In this document: positions 38,454-51,043 of the stretch, in pieces
How the letters are laid out: the number at the start of each line of letters is the position of its first letter
Numbering within the stretch: the first letter of the stretch is position 1
DNA from: Podarcis bocagei
Taxonomy: Eukaryota
Direction: 5' to 3' (one strand)
Length of the DNA: 64,000 nucleotides
Assembly: GCA_964188305.1 (NCBI GenBank)
Contig: OZ076892.1
Made by a program: the position numbers and the translations under genes
The notes under the pieces: generated by a model
The model's input: the letters and a program-made list of their open reading frames with translations, nothing else
Databases searched by the model: none
Told to the model about the DNA's origin: nothing

Positions 38454-38579
38454 ATGATTTTCATAACAGCAACTTGATTTTATTTATTAGAAGGGGGTTA
38501 TCACTTTTTACTGTTAAACAATTGGGAGTCAGAAACCTTGCTGATCTTCCGCAAATCGCTCAAATCACCATTGCTAGTA

Positions 38580-38810
38580 CAGTGGTACCTCGGGTTACAT
38601 ACGCTTCAGGTTACATACGCTTCAGGTTACAGACTCCGCTAACCCGGAAGTAGTACCTCGGGTTAAGAACTTCACCTCAGGATGAGAACAGAAATCGCAT
38701 GGCGGTAGCAGGAGGCCTCATTACCTAAAGTGGGACCTCAGGTTAAGAACGGTTTCAGGTTATGAATGGACCTCCAGAATGAATTAAGTTCGTAACCAGA
38801 GGTACCACTG
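38580..38810 (+). mobile_element. Tc1/mariner MITE, family A
   Basis: TA-CAGTGGTACCTCGGG...AGAGGTACCACTG-TA. Confidence 0.9.
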
Positions 38811-40077
38811 TATATGTATTTATACCCTGTCTTTTTCTGTGATCGGGCTCAAGGTGGTTTACAGGTTAAAACCAAGAACCACTGTAATACATACAAAAAT
38901 GATTATTAAAATACAGTTATACATTGATAGAATTAAAACTAAATGGGTTGCCGTGCCATGCAAATTTGACCTTGTGGGTTGCCATACCAAACCAGCTGGG
39001 AACTTCTCCAAAGATGTTCACTTAGAAGTAAGTGCCAATGAGTTTGCTGGGGCTTTACTCTCAAGTAAGTGGGTGTACAGCTGCAGCATTCCACTCTGGT
39101 CCTTCTCTATCTAGTCTTTCTAGAGATGTAAAGAGAGAATTTCTCTTGGCAGTTAAACCTCTCTCTTCTTTCTCCTCTCCCCCCCCTCCCCTCCCCCATC
39201 ATTATAGGATGGTATCTGCTAGTGTGTCTCGTCGGCAGTCTTTGTGGCTTTATTTTTTTGAACTTTTAAAACATTTTTAATCTTTCCTTTTATCTTGCTT
39301 TAATCTGCTATCCTTTTGTGTGTGCATGCCTGTGAAAGATTTATAGTGTTTTTATTATGTATATGCATTCGGGAGGCCTTTGGGCTGTTGTGTGCGTTTT
39401 TAGAAAGCTAAATAATGATGATCTCATTATCAAATTGGGCCAGGCTTGTGTGCTGGAACTCTTGCAGGGGTACAGGAAGGCTCAAAAGGCCAGAGCCATT
39501 CCTGTTCTTGTTTTGTTTTTTGAGGAGGTTGAGACGGAGGCAAACGAGTTACAGAGAAGAACACTCTAAAATCTCTTGCTGTACATTTCCCCTCCTATAA
39601 GAGGCTTTCAGAAAATGAATTGCAGGTAGGTGAGCACACGTCTTCTGCTTTCCTTTCATTGGCACCAGTAACCTTCTAATTTACGGTGACCAGCAGTGGT
39701 GTGTTGATAAATTTTGAAGTGCAGGTGCTAGTCATGGCAGCTCCCTTCATAACAGGGCCGTCCTAGGACTTTTTGATGCCTGGAGGGTAACAGCAAAATG
39801 TGTCTTTCCTTCTTCCCCCACCATCACCCAAATTTAGGTGCATAATGCCCAAGGCTAGCTAAGTTCTTCTGGCACCTGGCACAGAAAAGCTCACAAGCAG
39901 CTCAGCCCAAGGCCACATTCACACCCATACATTGAAAGCACTCTTAAACAGCTGTAGATCTGTAGAGGTGAGCATCCTGTAGATCTGTAGAGCTGTAGAT
40001 CTGTGAGGTGAGCACCCTTAAGAAACTACAGTTCCCAGGAACCTCCATGACTGTTAAAGTGGAGGTATGGGGTGGAA

Positions 40078-40494
40078 GTGAGAGCTGGACCATAAAGAAG
40101 GCTGATCGCCGAAGAATTGATGCTTTTGAATTCTGGTGCTGGAGGAGACTCCTGAGAGTCCGATGGACTGCAAGAAGATCAAACCTCTCCATTCTTAAGG
40201 AAATCAGCCCTGAGTGCTCACTGGAAGGACAGATCCTGAAGCTGAGGCTCAAATACTTTGGCCACCTCATGAGAAGAGAAGACTCCCTGGAAAGGACCCT
40301 GATGTTGGGAAAGATGAATGGCACAAGGAGAAGGGAACGACAGAGGACGAGATGGTTGGACAGTGTTCTTGAAACTACCAGCATGAGTCTGACCAAACTG
40401 CGGGAGGCAGTGGAAGACAGAAGTGCCTGGTGTGCTCTGGTCCATGGGGTCACGAAGAGTCGGACACAACTAAACGACTAAACAACAACAACAG
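40078..40494 (+). mobile_element. BovB (RTE clade) LINE 3' fragment
   Basis: Open frame ESWTIKKADRRRIDAFEFWCWRRLLRV...LKYFGHLMRREDSLE...VHGVTKSRTQLND-stop; (CAA)n tail; TSD ATGGGGTGGAA (40067-40077, 40495-40505). Confidence 0.95.
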
Positions 40495-40829
40495 ATGGGG
40501 TGGAATGAAAACCTATTTCTTAAAATAAAATAGAAACAACCTGCAAATGTGCTGCTGTTTCATGCCACCCTCAATCTATTTCTTGAAACAGTCCCCTTGC
40601 TCTGCCAAACAATGGGACCTTCAATGCCTGCAGGACAGACTGCCCTTGCCCCAAAGTCCCACCTTTAAGCCTCCATAGGTCCATTGTGGTTTCTGTGTCA
40701 TGGTAACTCGAAACACTAAAAGAAAGTTGGCTAAGTGGAATGGTATCTGTAATTGGGATTGGTCTGATTGTGCCCCCCTCACTCTTGTCACATTCTAGCG
40801 TGACAGCGGCTGCCGTGGTACGCATGCTT

Positions 40830-41180
40830 ATTTATTAATTTACTATATGAGTCACTTTCCCCCCAGAAAGGTGATCTCAAAGTGACTTGCAAAGCAAACA
40901 TTAAAACAAGTGTAGAAAAGCGCTCAGCAGTAATATGCACCAAAGAGCAAAAGATTCAGCTCAAAAAATTAGCAGTAAATTAACGTCCAATTCCTGGGTG
41001 AATGAAAATGTTTTGTCTGGCACCTAAAACTAGATATTGACTGCTCAGGCAAGCCTTTCAGGGGAGAACATGGAGACACCACTGAGAAGGCCCATTCTTA
41101 TGTCTCCACCCACTGCACCACATACAGAGAAGAGCCTTAGGTGACATATGCAGGGTCTGGGTCAGTTCATGTGAACTTGG
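40830..41180 (-). mobile_element. old L2-like 3' fragment
   Basis: TCTCAAAGTGACTTGC, GGCACCTAAAA, CACCACTGAGAAGGCCC (minus: AFSVV). Confidence 0.55.
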
Positions 41181-41479
41181 GAGCAGACTCCATTTGGACT
41201 GGGTGTGAATAACTTCTGAGTGAACGTGCCCAATATTGGAGTGTGTGAAATGTATTCCATGGGCATAGACTGCTAATTTGCCTTCCATCACCCTTCGCCC
41301 AAAGACTCTTCTGTTCGCCTTCCTCCTCCCCAGCTTGTTTCTGTGAAAGGGAAGCTGCCTCAGGCCCCCTTTCCACGCCCACCCCTTCTCGTTGCCTCTC
41401 TTCAGAAAGAATACGGGAGGCAGGAGGCACATTGGATTGTCTTCTCTCGCAATGCCTCTTGGAGGATGTTTAGGGAGCC

Positions 41480-41700
41480 CGAGTGATGCTGAGAGTTTAG
41501 TCTCTTAACGCATCACTCCGGAATGTTGTTAATGCAATAGAGAACGGAGTGGCACAATTTTGCAAATTGAATGTGCATTCTAATCAATGTGGCTCGTTCA
41601 ATTTGCAGGCATGAGAAATACGAATGCCACTCTTGGCGTCATTTGTGAAAACGCTCTGTTTATACAGCACACATATCAGCGGGAAGACAATAGCGGGCTT
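41480..41700. promoter_or_regulatory. candidate enhancer
   Basis: Unique block with TTAATGCAAT, TTTGCAAAT, CTAATCAAT, CAATTTGCA motifs. Confidence 0.3.
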
Positions 41701-44072
41701 CTTTCTTTCTTTCTTTCTTCTTTTGCTTCTCCTCCCCCTCTAGGGAACTGAAGGCGGCTTGGAAAAAAAGGATCTGCAGCCTTTCCTGTGTATGCGCTCA
41801 ATCCCACTTTCACCTCCAGCAAATGAGTTGGACAGGTCTTGGAATCACTTCCAAAACCTGTCCATGGCTTTTGCCTGGAGAAGACTGGACCATTCCATGG
41901 ATGTACAGTATTTGAAGCATGTGGCTTCCCTATAGAATGCTGGGAACTGTGGTTCACCCCTCACAGAACTGCAATTCCCAGGCCCCTTAACAAACTATAG
42001 TTCTCGAGGTGAATGGTGTGAATATGCCCTATAGGCACTGCCAGGCTGCCTCTATTTTCAGGTGGGATTTGGTCGTATACCAACAAATTTGGATTGTGCA
42101 ATTAAAGTTGATTTGGAGCTCTTGTGCAACAAATCCACTTACCCGATTGATCAGAAAAGTGTGATAAGGAAAGTGAAGATATAGTGGAAAGTGTGGGGTG
42201 ATGCTTGCCTTTATCCTCTAGCTTCCCCTGACCCAATCATCATTTAATGTCATCTAATAACTCTCACAAGCAAAGAAGCATGAATGTCCAATAAACAGGT
42301 CATCTGGAAGCAGTCTCCAGGCTTCAGTCCTCCAGACAAAATGAACAAAATGAGGTGAGACCTCTCCCAAACTGCATTCAGTTCTCTTAAAAACAACTGT
42401 TTCCTCCAGCTAAAAGTTCAGAGCTCCCTGTGAACTAATTTATTATTATTCCCATTGCACAGATGGGGAACTGAGGCTAATAGACAAGGACTAGTTCTCA
42501 GTGGTTCCATAGCAGGGTGGAACTTGAAGACAGAAACTGATCTCTCCTTGAAAAATGACGTATTCTTATGCTTGGAGCAGCAACTGGAAAGGGAAAATAA
42601 TGGGTTCCTTTGTGGCCAATCCAAAAGCATGGAATTGAGTAGGCTCTGTGAGTGGAAATGTCAGGAATCCTGACCTTCTGCCCCTTCAGTGTCTGTACGA
42701 AATTCTTATATCTGGGTCTCCCAAAGTAAGAGACAAGCTTCGCTTTGGGAGCTATGGACAGTTGCCAAGGGAGAGGCAAGTTTCTTCCCGAGATACCTCC
42801 TTCCCTGCCCACTTCAAATAGTGTGTGCTGTGATTGGCCAGAGTGCCCACCCATCCACACCCGTTCAATTTCAAGGTTGGGGCTGAGGTACACACCATAT
42901 CTTTAAAGCACACGACTTTCCCCCAAAGCACCCTGGGAGCTGTAGTGTATCCCACAGAGCTACAATTCCCAGCACCCTCGACAAGCCACAGGCTGTGTAC
43001 ACACCATACTTTTAGGCTTTGGAGGGCAGGGGTGGGCTCTCTTGTTTGAGAGTTGTTGTTTTTTCCTGTTAAGGATGCTCTCTTAGGGACCTTCTAAGTG
43101 CATCTTTTCCTTTCTTTTTTGTTGTTGAAAAAAATTGCCGCATGGAGTCAATTCCATCTGGCCGACTCCAGTTGTTGGGCAGCCAATTACCCCACAGAAA
43201 CTCACAAGCAAGGCAACTCCCCTGTCCTTTGTACTCAGCACCTTCTCTTCAGAGAAATCCTGCAGAAGTAGCCATGTCGATGAAGGCTAATGCCTGCCCC
43301 CCAGGAAATATTATCTACTCTTTTTTTAAAAAAACAAATCAAATGCTGCTTATGAGAGGGGCCATCGCAACACCCTCTGGCGACAAATTCCACAGATTAG
43401 TTATGCATCGGGTGAAGAAATAACTTTGCCTTGTATGTCCTAAGCCTACCGTCAATCAGATTCGTTGGATGAGCATGAATCCTAGTGTTTGGGGAGAGAA
43501 TGAATAATTGCTCTGTTCACTGTTCTCGCTTTTCGGGCCAAGCCTCTTATATTGGACTAATTGTGGAAGATGGGCAGTGGGTTGGCGCTCCGCCTTCTGG
43601 CTCCAACGAGGCTCCCAATGGGAAGGACCTGGGAGGTCTTCGCGCGCCATCCCTGGCTGCGGTCCATGAATCTCCCCTGGGGAGGTTCATTGCATGCCCT
43701 CCTTTTTTTTGCAAAATTAGTCAACTATGTTCCGCTTTAATTATTTCCGAGGATTCTTGCGGTGCGTGGGTTAGCGGGAGCGGAATAAATGGCCTGGTGT
43801 TTCTGGTGGGGTGCAAGCAGGCAATCCCGGAGGGTGGGCTAGCAGGAGGGGCCTCAGGTTTGGACTGACAAGCATCTGCAGAGCTGTCTTGGGTGTGTGA
43901 TGGGCTGTTGACCTTGTCGAGGGGAGTCTGACCTTGGCCGTCACAGCCGGCTGCGCAGTAGGTGCCACAGAGACCCTTTGAGCAGAGGGGAGGCGGGTGG
44001 GAGAAGAGGAAGGAGCTGACACAGCATTAAACCGTAGCACCCCCCTCCCCTCCCACTACACACCAGAAGTAT

Positions 44073-44174
44073 GGCACCTAGCAACAGCCGATGGGGGCGT
44101 TGCTAAGGCAACCGGGATGGTGATGCGGCAGCTGCTAGTGACACAAGCTGGGATGGAGGAGGCTGCTGGGTAAC
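44073..44174. promoter_or_regulatory. cluster of RFX X-box motifs
   Basis: GTTGCTAAGGCAAC (44099-44112), GGCACCTAGCAAC (44073-44085), GCTGCTAGTGAC (44131-44142), GCTGCTGGGTAAC (44162-44174). Confidence 0.55.
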
Positions 44175-44426
44175 CCTGGGGTCAGGTCCCAGCCACAGAC
44201 CCCTTTTTCTTCCTCAGCTCAGTTATTGATACAGATATTGGGGGTGGTGGAAAGAAAATACGGGCCAGCGACATCACAGCTGCGGCATGCAGAGGCCGGA
44301 AACGATCTCTGCTAGTCAGAAGTGTGTTTGCTCCCCGTCACATTTCCAGACAGACCCAGTGCTTACACGGCAAGTATGTGTGGATGGAGGACAGGCACAG
44401 GATGTTTTCCTAAAAGCCTGAGCAAG

Positions 44427-44547
44427 CATCAGGTGGTGCAGTGGGTCATTGCGTCTGGCTGTTAACCAGAAGGCTGGTGGTTCAAGCCCACCCAGGAACA
44501 ACTGTGGGCAGTATCCCTGTGTTGCAGGAGGCTGGACTAGATGACCC
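44427..44547 (+). mobile_element. SINE with tRNA-Asn(GTT)-derived head and CR1 3' tail (3' end lost)
   Basis: GGCTGTTAACCAGAAGGCTGGTGGTTCAAGCCCACCCAGG matches tRNA-Asn; followed by TGCAGGAGGCTGGACTAGATGACCC. Confidence 0.75.
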
Positions 44548-44687
44548 AAAGAACTGTAATTCACCTCTCACAAAACTGCAATTCCCAGCACCTTGGCAAA
44601 GGTTCCAGGATTCTTTTGGGCTTGTGTGCTTTAAATGTATGATACATGTCCATATACATGTCACACTAGTTTGGAACTTAACTCTAT

Positions 44688-44696
44688 GAGATAGAT

Positions 44697-44731
<35 letters not shown>
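44688..44731. repeat. (AGAT)n microsatellite
   Basis: Read directly. Confidence 0.95.
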
Positions 44732-44732
<1 letters not shown>

Positions 44733-45792
44733 GAAATTCCTGTGCTATAAGACTGAGTACTACTCGGATAGCATTCAGTTGAATCCTTGGTTAAAGCCCC
44801 AAGCAGAAAGAGCTCAGCTTCTCTCCGAATACCTCCCCCCCCCACCAAATAAGTTAATAAATAAATACATACACAACTCCATTCTCAACAGGACCTCGGC
44901 ACCAAAGTTATATAGCTGGGCCTGATCATTACTCCTATGGTCAAACATTTCAAATTCTGTGCCAAGCGAAGCTAGCGCTGCTTATGGGAAGCCTGGGAAT
45001 GAATTTATGCAGGTCAGTTAAAAAAAGAAAGAAATCTATGCAAACTTTGTTGCTTGCATAAACATACTTTGTTTGCATGCTGTGCATCTAAGCTTGTCAT
45101 CTCTGTGTGCTTCTCTGCAGAATTGGGAACATACTTTCCTTGGAGGGGAAAGAATGGCAGGGAGCAGGGAGGAGCAAAGCGGAGGTGGGTGGTGTGGGGG
45201 ACGTGGTAGAGGGGGCTGACAAAAATAAACTGGCATTTCTCAACATTTTAGAGGTTGAGTCTCCCCCCCCCCCTTGCCCCCAACCTGGCTGCCTTCTCCC
45301 AACACAGTTCCTCCTAACTGCAGAGGGAATGTGCAACCTCTCTGGCATGCACATATTTCTGGGTAGGGTCACAAGTTTGGTCCATCTATACCGGAAGCAG
45401 CTTGGACCCTGCAGTCTTCATCTGATGTCCTCCTCTGTATGCCCTGTCTGAGGAAAGTGCAGAGCATGCCTGCATAACATGACTTTGGGTGGTGGTCTCT
45501 CCATCTGTGAAATGTTCTCCTTTGAAAAGTGTGCCTCGCACCATCTTTTTCAGTTTTTCAGCTCCAGGCTAAGATCTTTCTGTTTAGCCAGGTCTTTGGT
45601 TCATTAATGTCGCCTCCTATGGCGGTGATTATCTTTTGGTGAGGCGGGTTGGACTTGGCCCATAATTTGTTCCTGGATAAGGAGGTTGTGCATTTTTTAA
45701 TTGCCAGTGTTTTAAATTTTCTCTGGTTTTAAATTGTTTTGATGTATTGCATTTCATTTTTGTCTAGTCATCCTTAGACTGGGGTGGGGGGT

Positions 45793-46121
45793 TAGGTCCA
45801 GTCGTGGCCGACTCTGGGGTTGCGGCGCTCATCTCGCTTTACCGGCCAAGGGAGCCGGCGTACAGCTTCCGGGTCATGTGGCCAGCATGGCTAAGTCGCT
45901 TCTGGCGAACCAGAGCAGCACACAGAAACGCTGTTTACCTTCCCGCCAGAGCGGTACCTATTTATCTACTTGCACTTTGACGTGCTTTCGAACTGCTAGG
46001 TTGGTAGGAGCAGGGACCGAGCAACGGGAGCTCACCCCGTCGCGGGGATTCGAACCGCCGACCTTCTGATCGGCAAGTCCTAGGCTTTGTGGTTTAACCC
46101 ACAGTGCCACCCGTGTCCCTT
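45793..46121 (-). mobile_element. Sauria SINE lacking its 3' tail
   Basis: Body matches 8973-9301; TSD TGGGGTGGGGGGT (45780-45792, 46122-46134). Confidence 0.92.
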
Positions 46122-46174
46122 TGGGGTGGGGGGTAGGGGAGGGTAAAAAGTGACACATCAATTCATTAAATAAA

Positions 46175-46632
46175 AAATAATGGATGATTGAGTGGATAAG
46201 ACCAATAGTGGGTCCAAGGGTCAGGAAGGTGGTTTCTGCTCACGCTTTCAATGGAAGTGAGGGGCAGATGGGGCTTGACAACCTGCGAAGGTAGTCCATC
46301 TAGGAGAAGGAAAACTCTGATCCTACAACCTCCTCTGCCTTCTGGGATATCTTCAGGAGAAGAAAATGCTAAGGAGTAAACCCTACACAAATCTGGAGTG
46401 GAGTTTCTAAGTTGGTTGGATAGCACCTTGTACGCCTCCTTCTGCCAACTCCTGCAGCCAAGAGTATTGCTTTGCTTTCCTCTGGACCACATCAGTGTGG
46501 CTGAGAGTTGGGGCTTGTTGCCTGGGCAGCCCAGGGCCTTCATGCATGCTGCCCTGCTTGCACCCCAGGGAGGTCACTTTGGTGCTGCTAATGCAGCAGT
46601 TTGACTTCACCCCTTGAGGCGCACTCCATTAT
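46175..46632 (+). mobile_element. probable RTE 5'-UTR-derived element
   Basis: GAAGGTAGTCCATCTAGGAGAAGGAAAACTCTGA motif resembles RTE 5' regions (by recall); boundaries approximate. Confidence 0.45.
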
Positions 46633-46939
46633 TTCTCTGCCAACAATGAAATGGATCGGCAGTAGAGTCAGGACAGGCAGAAGAAAGTACAGTCCTTCTT
46701 TCAAACAACTTGGTTACTGAGTCCACTGCCACAAGATAGCTTTAAGTGGCTTAAAAAGGGATTAGGGAAATTCTTGGAAGAGGATGGTTGAGTATTATTA
46801 TGGGATACCCACTGCAGCAGGAGGTGTTGTGGCGAGCTGTTGTAGGCGCTGCAAAGGAACTTGGTCTCTGAGCTTACCTGCTTTGTCCCTGCTTCACAAA
46901 GAAGGGTGTATCCCTAAAGCAGGCAGGGGCCTCTGGGGA

Positions 46940-47110
46940 GGTGCCAGTTGAAATGCTTGTTTAATTAAGGGGTGAATGAAATTTTTGTGTGTGCGCGTAA
47001 GCAAAGGTTTGCTAATGAAGAGCAGGTGTCTTCTAATGAGGGTTAGAATTATGGAGCCAGCTCCAATTATCAGGGAAGGGGAATTAATTTCTTGCAGGAG
47101 AAACGTGCTG
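46940..47110. promoter_or_regulatory. candidate homeodomain-rich enhancer
   Basis: TTAATTAA, CTAATGA twice, GAATTAT, CAATTAT, AATTAATT within about 140 bp. Confidence 0.35.
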
Positions 47111-49154
47111 CCGGTTGCCGAGAGGAGAGCCCCAATACCCCCCAAGGTGCTATGAGCTCACAGCTGAGGGGCGCTGGGGTCCTGGATGCATGTGGCAGCC
47201 TCTCTTTCTGCTGTGGCTCGGATATCAGGTTTAGGCTCATGTCTTCCGCCAAGAGCATTTACAGACAGAAGAGCGAGTGTGAGTTGAGCCTGCCTCTCCT
47301 CACAACTCCATGGTGTTTGTATCAGCTCTGCTTTCTGCTGTCTAAGTAACCCTCCTGACCTCTTGAGTAACTGTACTCCCCTTTGAGGGCGATGCTCACA
47401 ATCCATCTGCTGCCGAATTCTACAGATTCTCCACTTCCCTGTTCCTTTAAAACAAAAGACAAAACATCCTCATTCTCAGACAGAACCAGGATCAAGATCA
47501 CTGTGCCACCTTTCTGCAGATTCTGCTGCACTACATCCTGGCTAGGGCCGAAGGGCTTTTCATCCCAGCCACACTTGAGGGGTGACAGCTTCCCCATCCC
47601 TCTCATTGTGCAATCTTGCAGCCTTTGCGCAACTTGTTTTGGGTCCTTAGATCACAAATAGAGCGATTCACAAACAGAAACCTCCGAATCTACTAGTCCT
47701 CCCCTGCCAGTTCCTGGAATCTCAGGTTGACTTCTGGGGCAGAGACAGATTGACAAATGGAAGGAAACCCGAGAGGAGTCACAACGATGATGAATGTGCC
47801 ACCGCAAGGCAGTTTGGGAGAGATTTACAGAGCTGAAAGCTCAGTTCTGCTGTTCCGAACTGGGATATGCAAGCACTGTTGGCGTGTTGTGTGTGCATGC
47901 TCGCTTGCTGGCTAGTTGCAGGAACACACCTTGCCTTCGTGTTGGTGTTGTCGCTTCAGGATTTATAGATCTGTGCTGGAGTTGCACACGGGGACCTGCA
48001 AAGCCTTTTCCAGGTAGCCCTAAGTTTGGTGACCGGGAGCGTTGTTTGTCTGAGCACTTTTGATCCTTGCCGCCAAGGCTGACCCCTGCCAATCTCTGTG
48101 GCTGAGGGGGACCTGCACAGGGTCTGCAGTCTACAGATCTGGTTTTATGGACTTTTTTGGGTAGTCTGGTGGCAGAGGGAGGGTAGCATCTGTCTACATG
48201 GAAGCTGCACCTTCCACCTGGGAAGTATTTCCTCCTAATACTGGAAGTTCATCGGCTTATGCTTACTTGCTGGTAAAAGGCATTCTGCCCTGAAGGACAC
48301 AAGCGGAGACCCTCATTGAGATAGGTATATCCAGCATCTCTCTCTCTCACTCAGAGGTATACTCTGTTCGAATATGGAAGCTATTTTTTGCTCTGATGAC
48401 TAATATTATTCCACAGCAGATGTGAGCGGTCTGGTCCAAGGACCATGCGTGGTCCTTGGCCTAATTTCATGTAGGTGGCATGGAGGGGGGAAATGGGGGT
48501 GGAAGAAGCAGAAAGAGAGCTAGAGAGGGAGAATTGGGGTTTCCTCACTTTTGGTTTGGTCTCATCCACCTGCAGCTCTGGCCCCCAACAATTTAACCCT
48601 GAGGGAAAGTGGCCCTCAACATAAGAAACGGCTCCCTGTCCATAATTCCCAATATTCATAGCACACTTAAATCAATTTTTGCTCATCTTTTCTGAGCCTG
48701 GGTACTGAAAGTTGGCCGGAATGAAAAAGATCCAGGTTGGATGTAACACTAAACTGTAGTTTGGCTCTACTTGCAATGAACCTGCTGGATTCTTGGGCTT
48801 GTGTGCTCTCTCCCTCTCCTCTAAGGGGAGAGCGAAACACTTGCTTCCTTGTTTAAACGTATCACAGGTCGTCATTATGCATGAAGCTGGGCCAAACCGA
48901 GCTTAAACTGTGTTTTATTGAAACAGGGTTTAGAGTTGCATCTGAACCAGGCCGGCGGCTTTCCTTTGGGATATACCGAGGCTCTGAATTGAATCCTTTG
49001 CTAAGGAATTTGGACAGCGCAAGCCGAAAGTGAGGTGGTTGTTCAGCACCATGTTGACATAACCTGTAATAACCTCCTGCCATCTCATCTCTGCTGCTCT
49101 CACTTCTGCACCAAACTGAGGATGCAGAAGTCGCTACCTGCCTGAGCTCTAAAT

Positions 49155-49156
<2 letters not shown>

Positions 49157-49193
<37 letters not shown>
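49157..49193. repeat. (CA)n microsatellite
   Basis: Read directly. Confidence 0.95.
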
Positions 49194-49195
<2 letters not shown>

Positions 49196-50810
49196 CTGTT
49201 GGGGCGCTGGTGCTGGGAGATGGGGGTGGAGTCTTCCTCCATTGATGGCTTTGCACTTCAAAGAGGATTTACCAAGAGGATTTTGCAGCCCTGGGGAACA
49301 GCACTTGCGAAACAGCACTGTCAAGAGGGAGAGAGGTTCCTACAACAGGGAGCTAAAGTAACCCCCACCTCCCCTTTGGCTGGCACTGCTGGCTGCAGCT
49401 CTGTGGCTCCTCCCTTCCCCAGCATGACCGGATCATACCATGATAATGGTGGGCTTCTCTAAAGGGGCAGAGAGGAGAAGAATGTGCTTTGCATGGTGGA
49501 GCGGTTTGGAAAATACAGGGAAAAGAGACTGGATTACAGGCATACATCCAGAGAGTGAGGAATCTGACCTTTGCTCGGTTGCCAGGGCAGTTCTCAGGAC
49601 CCCTTCATTGAGCATCTGACTTCTCTGGGGACTAGAGAAGGGCTGCCTGCTGAGAACTGGCAAGCTTTGCCCGGTTTCAATTCTCAAATGTCTCATTGGC
49701 ATGCGATAAAAGTTATTCAGACACTGCCAAAGAATATGGAGAAGGACAAGTTGCTTTCTGGACCTGCCGCTCCACCCCAGAGTGGCTCAGAACCTGCAAT
49801 TAAGGGTGTAATCTACCCGCAAATTCATCACATCCTCTTTTTTTTAAAAGTGTCTTTCAGAAAGGCTTTAACTCTTGAGTTGTGTCAAACGTTAGTCATA
49901 CTTGTATACCCACCAAAATGAATGGACCTAAGTTAATGATGCCCATTGATTTCAGTGAGTCTACTCAGAGTAAAGCTGAGTTGGCTACGCCGATCTGTTT
50001 TTAAACCTTTTTTTCTCAAAAAGATGAAAGAGCCTTGTTAGTTGCTGGTGCAGATCATTTCTGATCTGTGTACATCCTTATTACTCTCAAGTCTTCCCAA
50101 CAAAACACCCTGGGAACGTGTGTGTGGTTTTAACAATAAATAAAGATAATCTCTTTATTTCCAGGGTTTTCAAAAGCTTGCAATAAAGCACTGTGTGGGC
50201 AACCGCATGTAACACAAGCACAACCCAAACATACAGGGCACATCTGCTGCACAATGTAAAGAGAAGTACTAGCAAGGAGAGTCCTCTCAAACATGACCTT
50301 TCAATCCTTGGTGCCACTATATTGTCTTGAAGGTAAAAAGTGTCTTGGCAACAGGCCTAGCCAGAGGCACTACAGAACTCCTTTGACCTATCCATAATTG
50401 TTTTATGGCTCTGAGATCAGACCAGCCCATCTCTCAGAAACTCTTAGCCTGAGAAAAGTTGAGGCATTTAATCAGGTATATTTTTGCATAGCAGACGGGG
50501 GCTTCTATAAGGAGGCAATTTCTCTTGAAACACGCACAGCTCTGCCTCGTTCTCTTGGGGTGGAAATCTTGTTTACAGTCTCTAAGGGTCTGTCTAGACA
50601 TAGGGTATCCCCATATTGTGCATTCCAGAAGCTTTGGGCTATGATTGTGTACACACCATTGAAGCACTGCCAAAGCACATTCCTTCACTCAAAGAATTCT
50701 GGGCGCTGTAGTTTGACCACCACAGAGTTACAATTCCCAGCAACCCTTAGCAGACTACAGCCCCCAGGATTCTTTGAGGGAAAGAATGTGCTTTGAGTGT
50801 GCTTTAAGTA

Positions 50811-51043
50811 CAGTGGTACCTCAGGTTACAAACACCTCGGGTTACAAACACTTCAGGTTACAGACTCTGCTAACCTTGAAGTAGTACCTTGGGTTAAGAA
50901 CTTTGTCCCAGGATGAGAACAGAAATCACGTGGTGGCAGCAGGAGGCCCCATTATTAGCAAAAGCGTGCCTCAGGTTAAGAACGGTTTCAGGTTAAGAAC
51001 GGACCTCCGGAGCGAATTAAGTTCAAAACCTGAGGTACCACTG
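50811..51043 (+). mobile_element. Tc1/mariner MITE, family A
   Basis: TA-CAGTGGTACCTCAGG...TGAGGTACCACTG-TA. Confidence 0.9.

Noticed and set aside
44427-44500. Genuine tRNA-Asn gene (likewise Lys at 19588 and Ile at 63569)
   Set aside because: Stems are disrupted, there is no T-run terminator after a complete acceptor stem, and each continues into a CR1 tail
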